A stretch of 64,000 nt of DNA, taken from contig JAXGMI010000002.1 of the NCBI GenBank assembly GCA_040768745.1, positions 352,001-416,000 of the forward strand, read 5' to 3'. Position 1 is the stretch's first letter, and every line of letters starts with the position of its first letter. This document shows, piece after piece, positions 41,592-51,982 of this stretch. This stretch comes from Desulfomicrobium sp. (GTDB lineage: Bacteria > Desulfobacterota > Desulfovibrionia > Desulfovibrionales > Desulfomicrobiaceae). The notes beneath the pieces were generated by a model, which worked only from the letters and a program-made list of their open reading frames with translations, did not search any database and was not told the origin of the DNA. The position numbers and the translations under genes were made by a program.

Positions 41592-44135
41592 TCACTTTCC
41601 GGCGTCGAAATGCAGACCTGTCTTTGTCAGGGAGGCCGAAAGAAGCGTGAATTCCGGGTCAAACGCCTTCAGGATGAACAGCGGACTGATATAGAGTTTC
41701 TGCCAGTCGAACTCCATCTCCGCCCCGTCTTCGCGCCCCTTGACTCTGCCAACCAGAGGCCGGACGTCGACATCCCCAGGCTCGCCCTTTTTGCTCTGCT
41801 TGGACACAATCCATTGCCCGGCCTGCATGAACGCCTCCAGGCGGGCGGCAAAGCGTTCCCTGTCCCCACTCGCCGCAATGCTGACCACAAACTCCTCACG
41901 CACGGAAATGGGCGCCCTGCGCTGGCATGGCAATTCATCCACGCGCACGACCCGCATGCCCTGCGGGAGTTCCGCTCCGAGTTTCGCTGACAGACTGTCC
42001 AGGTGCACGGGTTCTCGCACAAAAAAATCCACCCACTCGCAGATGCTGCCAACGCCCACAGGCAATGCCCGGGCAAAGGAGATCATGGGCGCGGGGTGGA
42101 ATCCGCTGCTGAAGGCCAGGGGCAACATGGCCCGCCTGCAGGCGCGCTCGAAAATCCGCTGCAATTCCAACTGGCTCAGATAGATGGCCGGGCCGAGCTT
42201 GGCATACCAGACCCGGAACCGCTGTGCACGCTGGTGCAGGTCGGTGTTCCTGGGGACCGGGAATTCCTCCACCCGGCCCGGACTGGCCTGATCGCGGGAA
42301 GGCTGGTTCAGCACCGGAGTGACGAGCTGCCCGGCCGCCTGCAGGCGCAGTTCGGAAATGCGACCCTCCAGGTTGCACACCCCGCAGTTCCGGCAGGCCG
42401 CGTAACGGCAGTCTTCAGTCACGGCCGCGTCCAGGGCGCGCCGGCGCTCGGCCAGGAGAAATCTGCGGCTGACCCCGCTGCCAAGATGGTCCCAGGGCAA
42501 GGGCATGTCCGGGTCGCGCTCCGCCAGGTAATCTTGCGGGTCGATGTTGTTCTCGGCAAACGCCTGCAGCCAGGGTTCCAGGTGCAGATGGTCGGACCAG
42601 CTGGTGAACAGCGCCCCTTTGGCGTAGGCGGTTTCCAGGGCCGGGGCCAGGCGGCGATCGCCGCGGGAAAACACCCCTTCAAGAAAGGTCATGTGCGAAT
42701 GGTGCCACTTGAGCTTCAGCCTGCGATGGGGCCGGAAAATATCGCGCAGATGGCCAATGCGTTCCTCGATTTCGGCCATGGGAATCTGCCGCTCCCACTG
42801 GAAGGGCGTATGCGGCTTGGGCACGAAGGGGGAAACCGCGGCCGTGATCTGCAACCGCTTGGCCCCCTTCCCGGCAGTGGCCGCGACCTTCAGGCACAGA
42901 TCCAAAATCCCGTCCAGATCCTCGGAGGTTTCCGTGGGCAGGCCGATCATGAAATACAGTTTGACCTGCTGCCAGCCCAGGCGGAATGCCATGGCCGTGT
43001 GTTCCAGGAGCTCGGCCTCGGTCACCCCTTTGTTGATGACGTCACGCAATCGCTGGGTGCCGGCTTCCGGAGCCAGGGTCAGACCCGTGTGCCGGATCCT
43101 GCTCATCAGAACCATCAGATTTTCGGATACGGAACCGACACGCAGGGACGGCAGGGAGATGGACACCTGTTCCTGCCGGCAACGGGCGTAGGACGCCAGG
43201 AAAAGGGATTCCAGGGCACTGAAGTCTCCCGTGCTGAGGGACAGAAAGGACAACTCCTCGCTTCCGGTCTCGGCCAGACCCTGGCCGATGATCTCTGCCA
43301 GCACTTCCACGCTCCGCTCCCGCACAGGTCGGTAGATCATCCCGGCCTGGCAGAATCGGCATCCGCGCGTGCAGCCCCGCGCTATTTCCACGGAAAAGCG
43401 GTCATGCACGGGTTTGCCGAACGGCACCACCTGCCGGGAGGGAAACGGTACACGGTTCATATCCAGCACCAGGCGCTTTTCGACCTTGCCGCCCTCTGCA
43501 TGCCCCTGGGCCATGGCCCCGTGCGGGGGAAAAAAGGAAGGCACATACACGCCCGCCAGAGCGGACAAGGCGGACAGCAAGGCGGCTCTGCTCCACCCCT
43601 CGTCCTTTGCCCGGCCCATGACAGCCAGCATCTCGGGCAGGATTTCCTCCCCGTCGCCCAGGACCATGACGTCCAGGAAAGGTGCAAGAGGCTCGGCATT
43701 GAAGGTGCATCCCCCGCCGGCAATGACCAGTGGATGACCCGCGCCTCGAACCGAGGCGCGCAAGGGGATGCCGCCCAGATCCAGCATGTACAGCACGTTG
43801 GTGTAGCACAGCTCGTGGGTCAGGCTGAAGAGCACCCCGTCCAGGGCCACAAGGGGGGTGTCGCTCTCCAGGGTGGACAGCGGCGCATCGTGCCGGCGCA
43901 GCACCGCGGCCACGTCCTCGGTGGGGGCAAAGACCCGCTCGGCGTAGAACTCCTGGTGGGCGTTGGCGGCCTCGTACAGGATTTTCTGACCGAGGTAGGA
44001 CATGCCCACTTCGTAGAGGTCCGGGAAGGCCAGGGCCACGTGCACGCGCACGGTGTCCAGGTCCTTGTGCACGCTGTTGATCTCGGTGCCGAGGTAGTGG
44101 CTGGGGCGGGAGAAAAGGGGAAGAAGGGCCTTCAT
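41592..44135 (-). CDS. B12-binding radical SAM protein (TIGR03960-like) fused to TIGR03936-like domain
   Basis: FPDLYEVGMS, RGCTRGCRFC, FVPKPHTPFQW; SSGFHPAP..SFARALPVG. Confidence 0.88.
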   Translation of the reverse strand: MKALLPLFSRPSHYLGTEINSVHKDLDTVRVHVALAFPDLYEVGMSYLGQKILYEAANAHQEFYAERVFAPTEDVAAVLRRHDAPLSTLESDTPLVALDGVLFSLTHELCYTNVLYMLDLGGIPLRASVRGAGHPLVIAGGGCTFNAEPLAPFLDVMVLGDGEEILPEMLAVMGRAKDEGWSRAALLSALSALAGVYVPSFFPPHGAMAQGHAEGGKVEKRLVLDMNRVPFPSRQVVPFGKPVHDRFSVEIARGCTRGCRFCQAGMIYRPVRERSVEVLAEIIGQGLAETGSEELSFLSLSTGDFSALESLFLASYARCRQEQVSISLPSLRVGSVSENLMVLMSRIRHTGLTLAPEAGTQRLRDVINKGVTEAELLEHTAMAFRLGWQQVKLYFMIGLPTETSEDLDGILDLCLKVAATAGKGAKRLQITAAVSPFVPKPHTPFQWERQIPMAEIEERIGHLRDIFRPHRRLKLKWHHSHMTFLEGVFSRGDRRLAPALETAYAKGALFTSWSDHLHLEPWLQAFAENNIDPQDYLAERDPDMPLPWDHLGSGVSRRFLLAERRRALDAAVTEDCRYAACRNCGVCNLEGRISELRLQAAGQLVTPVLNQPSRDQASPGRVEEFPVPRNTDLHQRAQRFRVWYAKLGPAIYLSQLELQRIFERACRRAMLPLAFSSGFHPAPMISFARALPVGVGSICEWVDFFVREPVHLDSLSAKLGAELPQGMRVVRVDELPCQRRAPISVREEFVVSIAASGDRERFAARLEAFMQAGQWIVSKQSKKGEPGDVDVRPLVGRVKGREDGAEMEFDWQKLYISPLFILKAFDPEFTLLSASLTKTGLHFDAGK

Positions 44136-44163
44136 GAGTCCTGAACGACCAGATCGCGGGCAG

Positions 44164-44188
44164 AAAAAAAGGGTGGACCGGCCACCCT
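44164..44188 (-). terminator. Intrinsic terminator
   Basis: Minus strand AGGGTGG-loop-CCACCC followed by T7. Confidence 0.6.
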
Positions 44189-44209
44189 CAAGACCCGGAA
44201 CAGGTACGG

Positions 44210-44557
44210 CTATTTTTTGAGAAATTTGCTGAAATCCGAGACCCCGCCGCCCATTCCGCCCAGGTTGCGCAGGCCGCCAGGGGCCGAAAGGGTCAGGTTG
44301 GTCGTCGCTTCGAGGTACTTGGTTTTCAGTTCCTCGGGCACGGATTTGTACTGGAACAGGACGTGCCGGTGTTCGATCTCTCCATCCATGTTCTGGTCAA
44401 ACGGATATCCAAACGGCAGAAGGAGCATCTGCACCCCCCCCTGGGCCGTGGGAATGGTCTGCAATATGGCAGGATCCTTGATGACGCCTGCAGTCTGATC
44501 CCACTTGCCCAGCACCATTTCGCCATTCACCAGCTTTACCAGCCTGATATCGTACAT
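44210..44557 (-). CDS. Conserved hypothetical protein (Sm-like?)
   Basis: MYDIRLVKLVNGEMVLG; GAGG RBS. Confidence 0.7.
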   Translation of the reverse strand: MYDIRLVKLVNGEMVLGKWDQTAGVIKDPAILQTIPTAQGGVQMLLLPFGYPFDQNMDGEIEHRHVLFQYKSVPEELKTKYLEATTNLTLSAPGGLRNLGGMGGGVSDFSKFLKK

Positions 44558-44731
44558 TCTCACCTCATCAGTGTTGTGGCGGAGTATCGCCCGGAAAAAG
44601 GCCCCTCCCATACATGAAAAAAATCGTCTACGAGGTGCGCCGGACCCTGTCAAGAATGGATCAGCGGCCCTATTCCCCATCGGGGCCCTTTGTGGTAGCC
44701 GGGGCTCGACATCGCAACGGCAGGTACGGTC

Positions 44732-45304
44732 ATGAACACTCTGGACATCGTTTTCTGCGTGATACTCGGATTTCTGGGACTGCGCGGCATCTTTCGCGGG
44801 ATGATCAGGGAGGTTGCCTCCATCCTGGGCCTGTTGCTCGGCTTTTTCCTGGCCAACACCTCCCACGCCGAGCTGGCCCCCCTCCTGGTTGGCCCGCTGG
44901 GCGGCCCGGGCCTGGCCAACCTCGTTGCCTACCTGGGCATCTTTCTGGGAACCGTGGCCGCCGTCTTCATTCTGGCCTGGCTGGTCCGCAAGATCCTCAG
45001 ACTGGTCATGCTCGGCTGGCTGGACAGCGTGGGCGGCGGGGCCCTCGGCCTGTTCAAGGGCGCCCTGCTGTGCAGCATCATCGTCATGGCCCTGACGGCC
45101 TTCCTGCCGCCCAAGGCCGAGATCCTGACCCGCTCGCACATTGTCCCCTATGTCAATCTGTTCAACTCGTACCTCTCCAACGCCCTGCCCAAGGACATGC
45201 GGGACCAGTTCCTGCAGCACAGCAAGGAACTGCACAAGGCATGGGAGGACAGGGTTCTCTCCAAACTCAAGGAAATAAAGGAATCCGCTGGTGGAAAACA
45301 ATAG
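44732..45304 (+). CDS. cvpA: CvpA family membrane protein
   Basis: LD.....[16 protein letters not shown]. Confidence 0.85.
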   Translation: MNTLDIVFCVILGFLGLRGIFRGMIREVASILGLLLGFFLANTSHAELAPLLVGPLGGPGLANLVAYLGIFLGTVAAVFILAWLVRKILRLVMLGWLDSVGGGALGLFKGALLCSIIVMALTAFLPPKAEILTRSHIVPYVNLFNSYLSNALPKDMRDQFLQHSKELHKAWEDRVLSKLKEIKESAGGKQ

Positions 45305-46073
45305 TTTCGGAAAGATCATCGAGGTCATCGACACCCTGACCGGCCCCCAGGGCTGTCCCTGGGACAAGAAGCAGACGCCCCTGTCCATGTGCGACTACCT
45401 GGTCGAGGAATGCTTCGAGCTGGTGGAGGCCATCCGCATGAACGACCCGGCCGAGGTGGCCGAGGAACTGGGCGACGTGCTCTTCCTGCTTCTCTTCATC
45501 GGCCGGGCCATGGACCGGGAAATCCCGGATTTCCTGCAGGAGGCCGTGGATGCGAACGTGACCAAGATGATCCGCCGGCACCCCCACGTGTACGGGGAAA
45601 AGGCGGCCAGCGTGGCCGAAGTCGTCAGGAACTGGGAACAGATCAAAAAGCTGGAAAAGGCCGAAAAGGAGAAAGACCCGGGCGTCTTCGCCTCTCTGCC
45701 GGCCAGCTTGCCCCCGCTCCTGCGCGCCTACCGCATCAATTCCAAAGCTGCCAGGGCCGGCTTCACCTGGGCCACGGACGAGGACCAGGCTCTCAAGCTT
45801 CAGGAGGAATGGCAGGAGTTGCAGGCGGCCCTGGAGGGCGGGGACGAGGCTGCCAGGGAGGAGGAATTCGGGGACTACCTGTTTTCGCTGGTCGAATACG
45901 GCCGACGCCGGGGCATCAAGGCCAATTCGGCCCTGGCCCTGGCCAATGCCAAGTTTCTCAAGCGCTTCGAGGCGGTGGAAGGGCTGGCCGCCGAGCGGGG
46001 CCTGGACCTGGACCGGCTCTCCCTGGCTGAAATGGACCGGCTTTGGGACGAGGTCAAGACTGCCGGGAAATGA
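45291..46073 (+). CDS. mazG: Nucleoside triphosphate pyrophosphohydrolase
   Basis: GCPWDKKQT, EELGDVLF, RRHPHV, EEFGD. Confidence 0.93.
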   Translation: MENNSFGKIIEVIDTLTGPQGCPWDKKQTPLSMCDYLVEECFELVEAIRMNDPAEVAEELGDVLFLLLFIGRAMDREIPDFLQEAVDANVTKMIRRHPHVYGEKAASVAEVVRNWEQIKKLEKAEKEKDPGVFASLPASLPPLLRAYRINSKAARAGFTWATDEDQALKLQEEWQELQAALEGGDEAAREEEFGDYLFSLVEYGRRRGIKANSALALANAKFLKRFEAVEGLAAERGLDLDRLSLAEMDRLWDEVKTAGK

Positions 46074-46719
46074 CGTCCAAAATCCTGGCCAGCACGCCGT
46101 TCACGTCGGTCAGGCCCGTGTCGATGATGAGGGCGTCCGGCGCCGGCCTGAGGGGGGCCACGGAGCGATTGCGGTCCTGGTCGTCGCGGATGCGGATCTG
46201 GGCCTGGATGCGCTCCAGGTCTTCCTCCATCTCCATGGCCCGCAACTGATCGAACCGCCGTTTGGCCCGCACCTCGATGGAGGCGTCCAGGAAAAATTTG
46301 AACCGCGCCTCGGGAAAGACCACGCTGCCCATGTCCCTCCCTTCCGCCACCAGGGGCGTTGTCCGGCCGATGGCCTGCTGGTTGCGGCGGAGAAAATCAC
46401 GCACCACCGGGATGCGGGCGATGTGTGAAGCCCACAACCCCACCTCCTCGCTGCGGATCTCGGGGGGAAGCGGGTATCCGTTCAGGAGCAGTTCGGAATT
46501 TCCGCCAACCCCTTCCAGGTCGAAATCCAGACGGTTGAGCTGCGGCACCAGCTTGTCCACGGGCAGCTCCCAGGCCCCTTCCCCGAAGGTATAGGCCACG
46601 GACCGGAACATGGCCCCGGTGTCCAGATAGGAAATGCCCAGGCGGTCGGCCAAGAGGCGGGCCACCGTGGTCTTGCCGACCCCTGCCGGCCCATCAAGGG
46701 TGATGATGGTTATGTTCAC
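46054..46719 (-). CDS. cmk: Cytidylate kinase
   Basis: DGPAGVGKT, LDTGAMFR, EGRDMGSVVFP. Confidence 0.93.
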   Translation of the reverse strand: MNITIITLDGPAGVGKTTVARLLADRLGISYLDTGAMFRSVAYTFGEGAWELPVDKLVPQLNRLDFDLEGVGGNSELLLNGYPLPPEIRSEEVGLWASHIARIPVVRDFLRRNQQAIGRTTPLVAEGRDMGSVVFPEARFKFFLDASIEVRAKRRFDQLRAMEMEEDLERIQAQIRIRDDQDRNRSVAPLRPAPDALIIDTGLTDVNGVLARILDVISRQS

Positions 46720-47812
46720 GCAGCACCTCCGTGGTTGTGGCCAGGAATTCCCTGTTTTCGTCCCTGTTCCCGATACTGACCCTCAATCTATCAGGCATGC
46801 CGTAGCTCGCCAAGGGTCTGATGATGATCCCGCGGCGGAGCAATTCCTCGAAAAGGATTCCTGCATCCATGGGCGGCGCGAACATGAGAAAATTGGCCTG
46901 GGAGGGATGCACGGTGCAATCCAGATCCGCCAAGGCCTGAGACAGCAGCGCACGGCCCTCGTGCACCGTGCGCAGGGTCTCGGCCAGAAAGACGTCGTCC
47001 TCCAGGGCGACCAGTCCTGCCTGTTCGGCCAGGATGTTCACGCTGAAGGGCAGCTTGACCCGCAAAACCAGGCTGGCTAGCCATTGGGGCATGATCCCGT
47101 ACCCCAGCCGCAGTCCCGCCAGCCCGTACATCTTGGAAAAGGTGCGCAGAATGACCAGGTTGGGGAGTGTTCGGAAATGCGGAAGCATGGAGAATTCGTC
47201 CAGGGGATCGGCAAAATCGATGTAGGCCTCGTCCACCACCAGAAGAGCCCGCGCAGGCAACCTGCCGGCCAATGCCAGCAGATCCCTGGCCGGGCAGGCA
47301 TGGCCCGAGGGGTTGTCAGGGTTGGTCACAAAAACCAGGGCCGTGTTTTCGTCGGCCGTGTCCAGAAGGGCGTCCAGGGGAAAGGAAAAATCCGCGTTGA
47401 GAGGGGCCTGCCTGAACTCCACGCCGCACAGGCGGGACTGCAGGCCATAGATGCTGAAGCACGGATCAAAGGCCACGACATTGTCCACGCCGGGCCGGGC
47501 CACCACGCGCAGGAGCAGGTCGATGATCTCGTCGGAGCCGTTGCCGGCCACCAGACAGGACTGGGGCACCCCGAGGTGGGCGGCCAGGGCCTCCGTCAAG
47601 GCCGGGGTACCGGCCTGGGCATACCGGAAAGCCAGGGCCCCGGCCCTGGCCAGCCTTTCCCGCACTACCGGGGACACGCCCAGGGGATTCTCGTTGCTGG
47701 CCATCTTGATGACCCGGGTCAGTCCGTAGCGTTTCTTGATCTCGTCGATGCTCAGGCCGGGCGAGTAGGGCTTGAAGCTCTCCATCTCCGGCCGCACAGG
47801 AACCTTGGTCAT
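46694..47812 (-). CDS. hisC: Histidinol-phosphate aminotransferase
   Basis: ASNENP, GNGSDE, DEAY, RTFSKMYGLAGLRLGY. Confidence 0.92.
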   Translation of the reverse strand: MTKVPVRPEMESFKPYSPGLSIDEIKKRYGLTRVIKMASNENPLGVSPVVRERLARAGALAFRYAQAGTPALTEALAAHLGVPQSCLVAGNGSDEIIDLLLRVVARPGVDNVVAFDPCFSIYGLQSRLCGVEFRQAPLNADFSFPLDALLDTADENTALVFVTNPDNPSGHACPARDLLALAGRLPARALLVVDEAYIDFADPLDEFSMLPHFRTLPNLVILRTFSKMYGLAGLRLGYGIMPQWLASLVLRVKLPFSVNILAEQAGLVALEDDVFLAETLRTVHEGRALLSQALADLDCTVHPSQANFLMFAPPMDAGILFEELLRRGIIIRPLASYGMPDRLRVSIGNRDENREFLATTTEVLREHNHHHP

Positions 47813-47888
47813 AATTTCTCCTTGATGCGCCCCGTGGAGAATGCGGCGCGCGTGGCACGTATCCTGCCTGTCCGTTCTTTATGATGCC

Positions 47889-47908
47889 ATTCCCGCGCAG
47901 GCGGGAAT
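47889..47908. repeat. dRS3/REP-like palindrome ATTCCC-N8-GGGAAT
   Basis: ATTCCCGCGCAGGCGGGAAT in the selA-hisC intergenic gap. Confidence 0.75.
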
Positions 47909-47977
47909 CCATGCGTTTTCCGAAACATCGCGTTCGGGGATCCCACCTTCGGCCATCCCCCTGCCCCGGCCCTCGGA

Positions 47978-49381
47978 TCAGTCCGTATCCGCGGCCAGCA
48001 CGGTCTGGATGGCCCGGGTCAGAAGGCCGAACTCCTCGGCCATGACCGTGCGGGGGTCCAGGCAGAAGGCATCCTCCTCCACCCTTCCGATAACGGGGAT
48101 GTCCGCGGACAGCAAACCCTGGCGCAGGGCTTCCAGGTCCATGCCCCTGGGCCTGACTGTGACCAGCACCGTGGGCAGGTCTTGCTCCGGGAAGGACCCC
48201 CCGCCCACACGGGAAAAACCGTTCCTGATGCCGATGTCGGCCACATCGGCCAGAACCGCCAGCTTGCGCCGCAACCGCCGGGCCTTGGCCCGCAGCTCGT
48301 CCGCCGAGGCCGTGATCATGGCCAGGGTGGGGACCTGGGCGCGGGCCACTGCCGGATCGAGATACAGGCGCAAGGTCGCCTCCAGGGCGGCCAGGGTCAT
48401 TTTGTCGATGCGCAGGGCGCGGTTGAGCTGGTTCTTCTTGATGCGCTCGACATAGTCCTTGCGGCCGACGATGATGCCGGCCTGGGGGCCGCCCAGGAGC
48501 TTGTCCCCGCTGAACGAAACCACGTCCACGCCGTTTTTCAGAACCTGCTGCACCGTGGGCTCTGGCATGAGCCTGTAGGGGGAGAAGTCGAACAGGTTGC
48601 CGCTGCCCAGATCCTCGAACACGGGCAGGTCCCGCCTGCGGCCCAGCGCCACCAGTTCTGCCAGGTCCACTTCCTTGTGAAAGCCGATGATGCGGTAGTT
48701 GGAGGTGTGCACCTTCATGAGCATGGCGGTCTGGTCTGTGATGGCCTCCTCGTAGTCGGCCAGGTGGGTGCGATTGGTGGCTCCGACCTCGCGCAGCACC
48801 GCCCCGCTCTTCTTCATCACCTCGGGCACGCGGAAGGATCCGCCGATCTCCACCAGCTGCCCCCGGGAGACGATGACTTCCCGACCCTTGGCCAGGGTGT
48901 CCAAGACCAGGAGCACGGCCGCGGCATTGTTGTTGACGACCAGTCCGGCCTCGGCTCCGGTCAGGCGGCAGAGCAGCTCCTCCACGTGGGAATAGCGGCT
49001 GCCCCGCTGCCCCGTCTCCAGGGACAGCTCCAGGTTGGAATAGTGGCGGCAGCCCTGCAGCACCGAGGCCACGGCGTCCCGGGCAAGGATGGACCGGCCC
49101 AGGTTGGTGTGGATGACCACCCCCGTGGCGTTGATCACCCGCCGGAAATGAGGCCTGGACCGGTTGCGGACATAGGCCTTGACCCTGGCCACCAGCCTGG
49201 GCCAGGCCAGATCGCTCTCCTCTGCGATCACTCCGGAGCGGATCTCCTCCCGGCAGAGATCCATGAACTCGCCGGCGAGGTCTTTGAGCAATTGGCGCGG
49301 CAGGGACGCAAGGGTTTGGTCCTTCTGCAGGTCCTGCAGGAAACTGTCCATGGAGGGGATGTGACGGAAAAGGGAGGACAC
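47978..49381 (-). CDS. selA: L-seryl-tRNA(Sec) selenium transferase
   Basis: INATGVVIHTNLGRS, EIGGSFR, SGDKLLGGPQAG. Confidence 0.95.
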   Translation of the reverse strand: MSSLFRHIPSMDSFLQDLQKDQTLASLPRQLLKDLAGEFMDLCREEIRSGVIAEESDLAWPRLVARVKAYVRNRSRPHFRRVINATGVVIHTNLGRSILARDAVASVLQGCRHYSNLELSLETGQRGSRYSHVEELLCRLTGAEAGLVVNNNAAAVLLVLDTLAKGREVIVSRGQLVEIGGSFRVPEVMKKSGAVLREVGATNRTHLADYEEAITDQTAMLMKVHTSNYRIIGFHKEVDLAELVALGRRRDLPVFEDLGSGNLFDFSPYRLMPEPTVQQVLKNGVDVVSFSGDKLLGGPQAGIIVGRKDYVERIKKNQLNRALRIDKMTLAALEATLRLYLDPAVARAQVPTLAMITASADELRAKARRLRRKLAVLADVADIGIRNGFSRVGGGSFPEQDLPTVLVTVRPRGMDLEALRQGLLSADIPVIGRVEEDAFCLDPRTVMAEEFGLLTRAIQTVLAADTD

Positions 49382-49390
49382 CGCATTCTC

Positions 49391-50623
49391 CTATGCTGAA
49401 AGATGTTCCGGGTACAGACTGTAGTAGGCGCCCACCAGGTAGAGGGAACCGCAGAGCAGGATTGATCCCCCCGGCAGGGCCAGGGCAGCGCGCAGGTCCC
49501 CGCAGGCCTGAGCATCGGGGCCGAAGCGCCGGGCCAGGACCTCCGGATCGCTGGCGCGTTCCAGGCCGGGCAGACCGGGCACGATGACGCGACGGGCCAG
49601 GGCCCTCAAGCGGGCCAGCAGGTCCGCATCAAGGGTCTTGTCCCGCATGGCCTGGAACACGAGCAGGTCGAAGCGAGCTCCGCCTGTTTCCAATGCCTCG
49701 CAGAGGGCGGTCAAGCCCATGATGTTGTGGGCCCCGTCCACCAGAACCCGGCCATGGCGGCAGAAACGCCCGGCAAAACGGGTCCGGGCCAGGGCATTTG
49801 CACACAAGCCCGCGTCGCATGGCCACCCTCGTCCCTGGGTCAGGCTGGTCCAGGCCAGGAGGGCCAACCCGGCATTGTCCAGCTGATAGGGCGGATGGCC
49901 TGGCAGATGCGCGGGAGTGAGCAGGAAGGGCTCGGGCTTGAAGGGGATGGCGTAGCCGCACCCGCTCCGGTATTCCTCCAGGCTGCACAGCCGGTGCGGA
50001 CCGGTGGCCTGGCGGAAGATGTCCATCACCTCCGCTGCCTGCGCGCCGGTGACGGCCGGGCAACGGCCCAGGGCCCCGCTCTTGTCCCGGGCAATGTCGG
50101 CCAGGGTCGGACCGAGCACGGCTTCATGATCCAGTCCCACCGGGGTCATGGCCACCAAGTCCGCGGACACGGCACAGGTCGCGTCGTGGGTGCCGCCCAG
50201 GCCGGCCTCCAGGATGACGAGATCAAGCCCGGCCTGCCGGAACAGATCCAGGGCCATGACGGTCAGCAGCTCGAAATAGGTCAGGCCCACGTCGGAGCAT
50301 GCCCTCAGGACCGCGTTGGCCGCGTCCACCCACAGCGCCTGGGGCAGGACCTGGCCGTTGATGCGGATGCGCTCCCGCACACAGACCAGGTGCGGCGAGG
50401 TGTACAGCCCTGTTTTCAGGCCGTGGGCGCGGGCCAGGGCGTCCAGGAACCCGGCCGTGGACCCCTTGCCGTTGGTCCCCAGCACATGGGCCACCACGGC
50501 CTGGGGCCGGGCCAGGCCCATCCGCTCCAGGGCCACGCGCATGCGCGAGAGGCCCAGCTGCATGGAGAACAGGCCCAGACTGTCCAGATAGGACTGGAAT
50601 TGCGCAAAGGAGGCGAAGGTCAT
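49391..50623 (-). CDS. folC: Folylpolyglutamate/dihydrofolate synthase
   Basis: GTNGKGST, YTSPHL, EAGLGG, DGAHN, GSLYLVG. Confidence 0.92.
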   Translation of the reverse strand: MTFASFAQFQSYLDSLGLFSMQLGLSRMRVALERMGLARPQAVVAHVLGTNGKGSTAGFLDALARAHGLKTGLYTSPHLVCVRERIRINGQVLPQALWVDAANAVLRACSDVGLTYFELLTVMALDLFRQAGLDLVILEAGLGGTHDATCAVSADLVAMTPVGLDHEAVLGPTLADIARDKSGALGRCPAVTGAQAAEVMDIFRQATGPHRLCSLEEYRSGCGYAIPFKPEPFLLTPAHLPGHPPYQLDNAGLALLAWTSLTQGRGWPCDAGLCANALARTRFAGRFCRHGRVLVDGAHNIMGLTALCEALETGGARFDLLVFQAMRDKTLDADLLARLRALARRVIVPGLPGLERASDPEVLARRFGPDAQACGDLRAALALPGGSILLCGSLYLVGAYYSLYPEHLSA

Positions 50624-50802
50624 GGAGTCCCACGTGAAAAATGTTCAGCAGAGGATCCGGACAGGCCATGCGGGGCCACGATTGCCGCGGCATGGACAAC
50701 TGTCCGGAGTGGATTCATAGAAGGTTCCCAGGCCGGGGGCAACAGAAAATGACCCTGACTTGACTTTCAGGACCAGAGAAAATAGGGAAATCTTCCGTTT
50801 CA

Positions 50803-50879
50803 GCGCCAGTAGCTCAGGTGGATAGAGCAATTGCCTTCTAAGCAATCGGTCGGGGGTTCGAGTCCTCCCTGGCGCGCCA
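50803..50879 (+). tRNA. tRNA-Arg(UCU)
   Basis: 77 nt; GCGCCAG/CTGGCGC acceptor stem, ATTGC-CTTCTAA-GCAAT anticodon arm, GTTCGAG T-loop, encoded CCA. Confidence 0.95.
50830..50879 (+). repeat. att core copy within the tRNA (attL)
   Basis: Identical to 63142-63191. Confidence 0.93.
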
Positions 50880-50937
50880 ATAAAAACCAAATAGTTAGAT
50901 GCAACAATCTAACCCTTTTTTGCTTTCAATAAAATCA

Positions 50938-50966
50938 CTCCCAGCACTATTCCCAGCACCCAGCAC
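50938..50966 (+). repeat. TCCCAGCA repeats, candidate integrase arm sites (left)
   Basis: CTCCCAGCACTATTCCCAGCAC matches 63006-63027 at 20/22. Confidence 0.7.
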
Positions 50967-51071
50967 AAATTTCCGCCTTTTTTCCTCTCGAATCCATTCC
51001 GAGATTGCGCTACGAGGATTGGAAGAAATCCATACGGAGGCAATCTCGAACATGCCTATCAATACCCATGA

Positions 51072-51848
51072 CGCGGAAAGCGCATACGCGAAGCCATCGC
51101 CCGAAAGGCAGCGGAGCCAGCCGTCCTGCCCTACACGGACGAGGAACTCGGCGTCATCTTCTCGTCCTCCTTCTTCGTCGCTGGCCAGCCCGACAAGTTC
51201 AAGAAAAAGATGACCAGGGACCAGACTCTCGACTACCAGTGGCTCTCGATTCTCGGTCTGTTCACCGGAGCGAGGCTGGAAGAGATCGGCCAACTCGATG
51301 TCGCGGACCTCATGGAGGAGGACGGCGTGAACTACCTGTACGTCCACGGCGATCCGAACTCGACCCGGAGGATCAAGAACAGGTCCTCACGGCGCAAGAT
51401 CCCCGTTCACCCCCGCCTCATCGAACTGGGCTTCCTCGACTTCGTAGCACTCCGGGCAAGCCAGGGCGAGAAGAAGATCTTCTCAACCCTCGCGGAGTTG
51501 GACGGCAGGCAGGGCAAAAGAACCAGCGCCTTCTCCAAGTGGTGGACACGGCTCACGACGGAAATCGGCGTCAAGAGCGGCAGGCAGAAGACGTTCCACT
51601 CCTTCCGGCATACCTTCAAACGGGCCATGCGGAACGCACAGGTTGACGGCAACCTGACCGACGCCATCCAGGGGCACAGCAACCGAAGCGTCTCCGCCCA
51701 CTACGGCAGGGACAAGGACGGCATGGGCTATGCGCTCCCCGTCCTTTTCGAGGCGATCAGCAAGGTGGGCATGGATCAAGTGGATATCCCAAGCCAGAGG
51801 GGAAATAACGCGGCTCACCAACCGCAGCCAGTACAGCCAACCACATAA
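51072..51848 (+). pseudogene. 5'-truncated tyrosine recombinase (catalytic domain only)
   Basis: PYTDEEL..IF, TGARLEEI, IKN, HSFRH, GHS, HYG; in-frame TGA at 51069; no N-terminal domains. Confidence 0.78.
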
Positions 51849-51982
51849 GAATGGGCCTTCCGCTTGCGTCATACAGGCGAAATCTGTAGTGATTCGAGAA
51901 GTTTTATCGAAAGGGACTAATCAGTTACACCACCCTTTCGGCCTTCTCGGAGCAATCAACTACCAACAGGATTTTGCCTCTC

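Noticed and set aside
43800..50620. Apparently higher GC in housekeeping genes as a sign of transfer
   Set aside because: Not quantified; the genes are ordinary core functions with no mobility signs.
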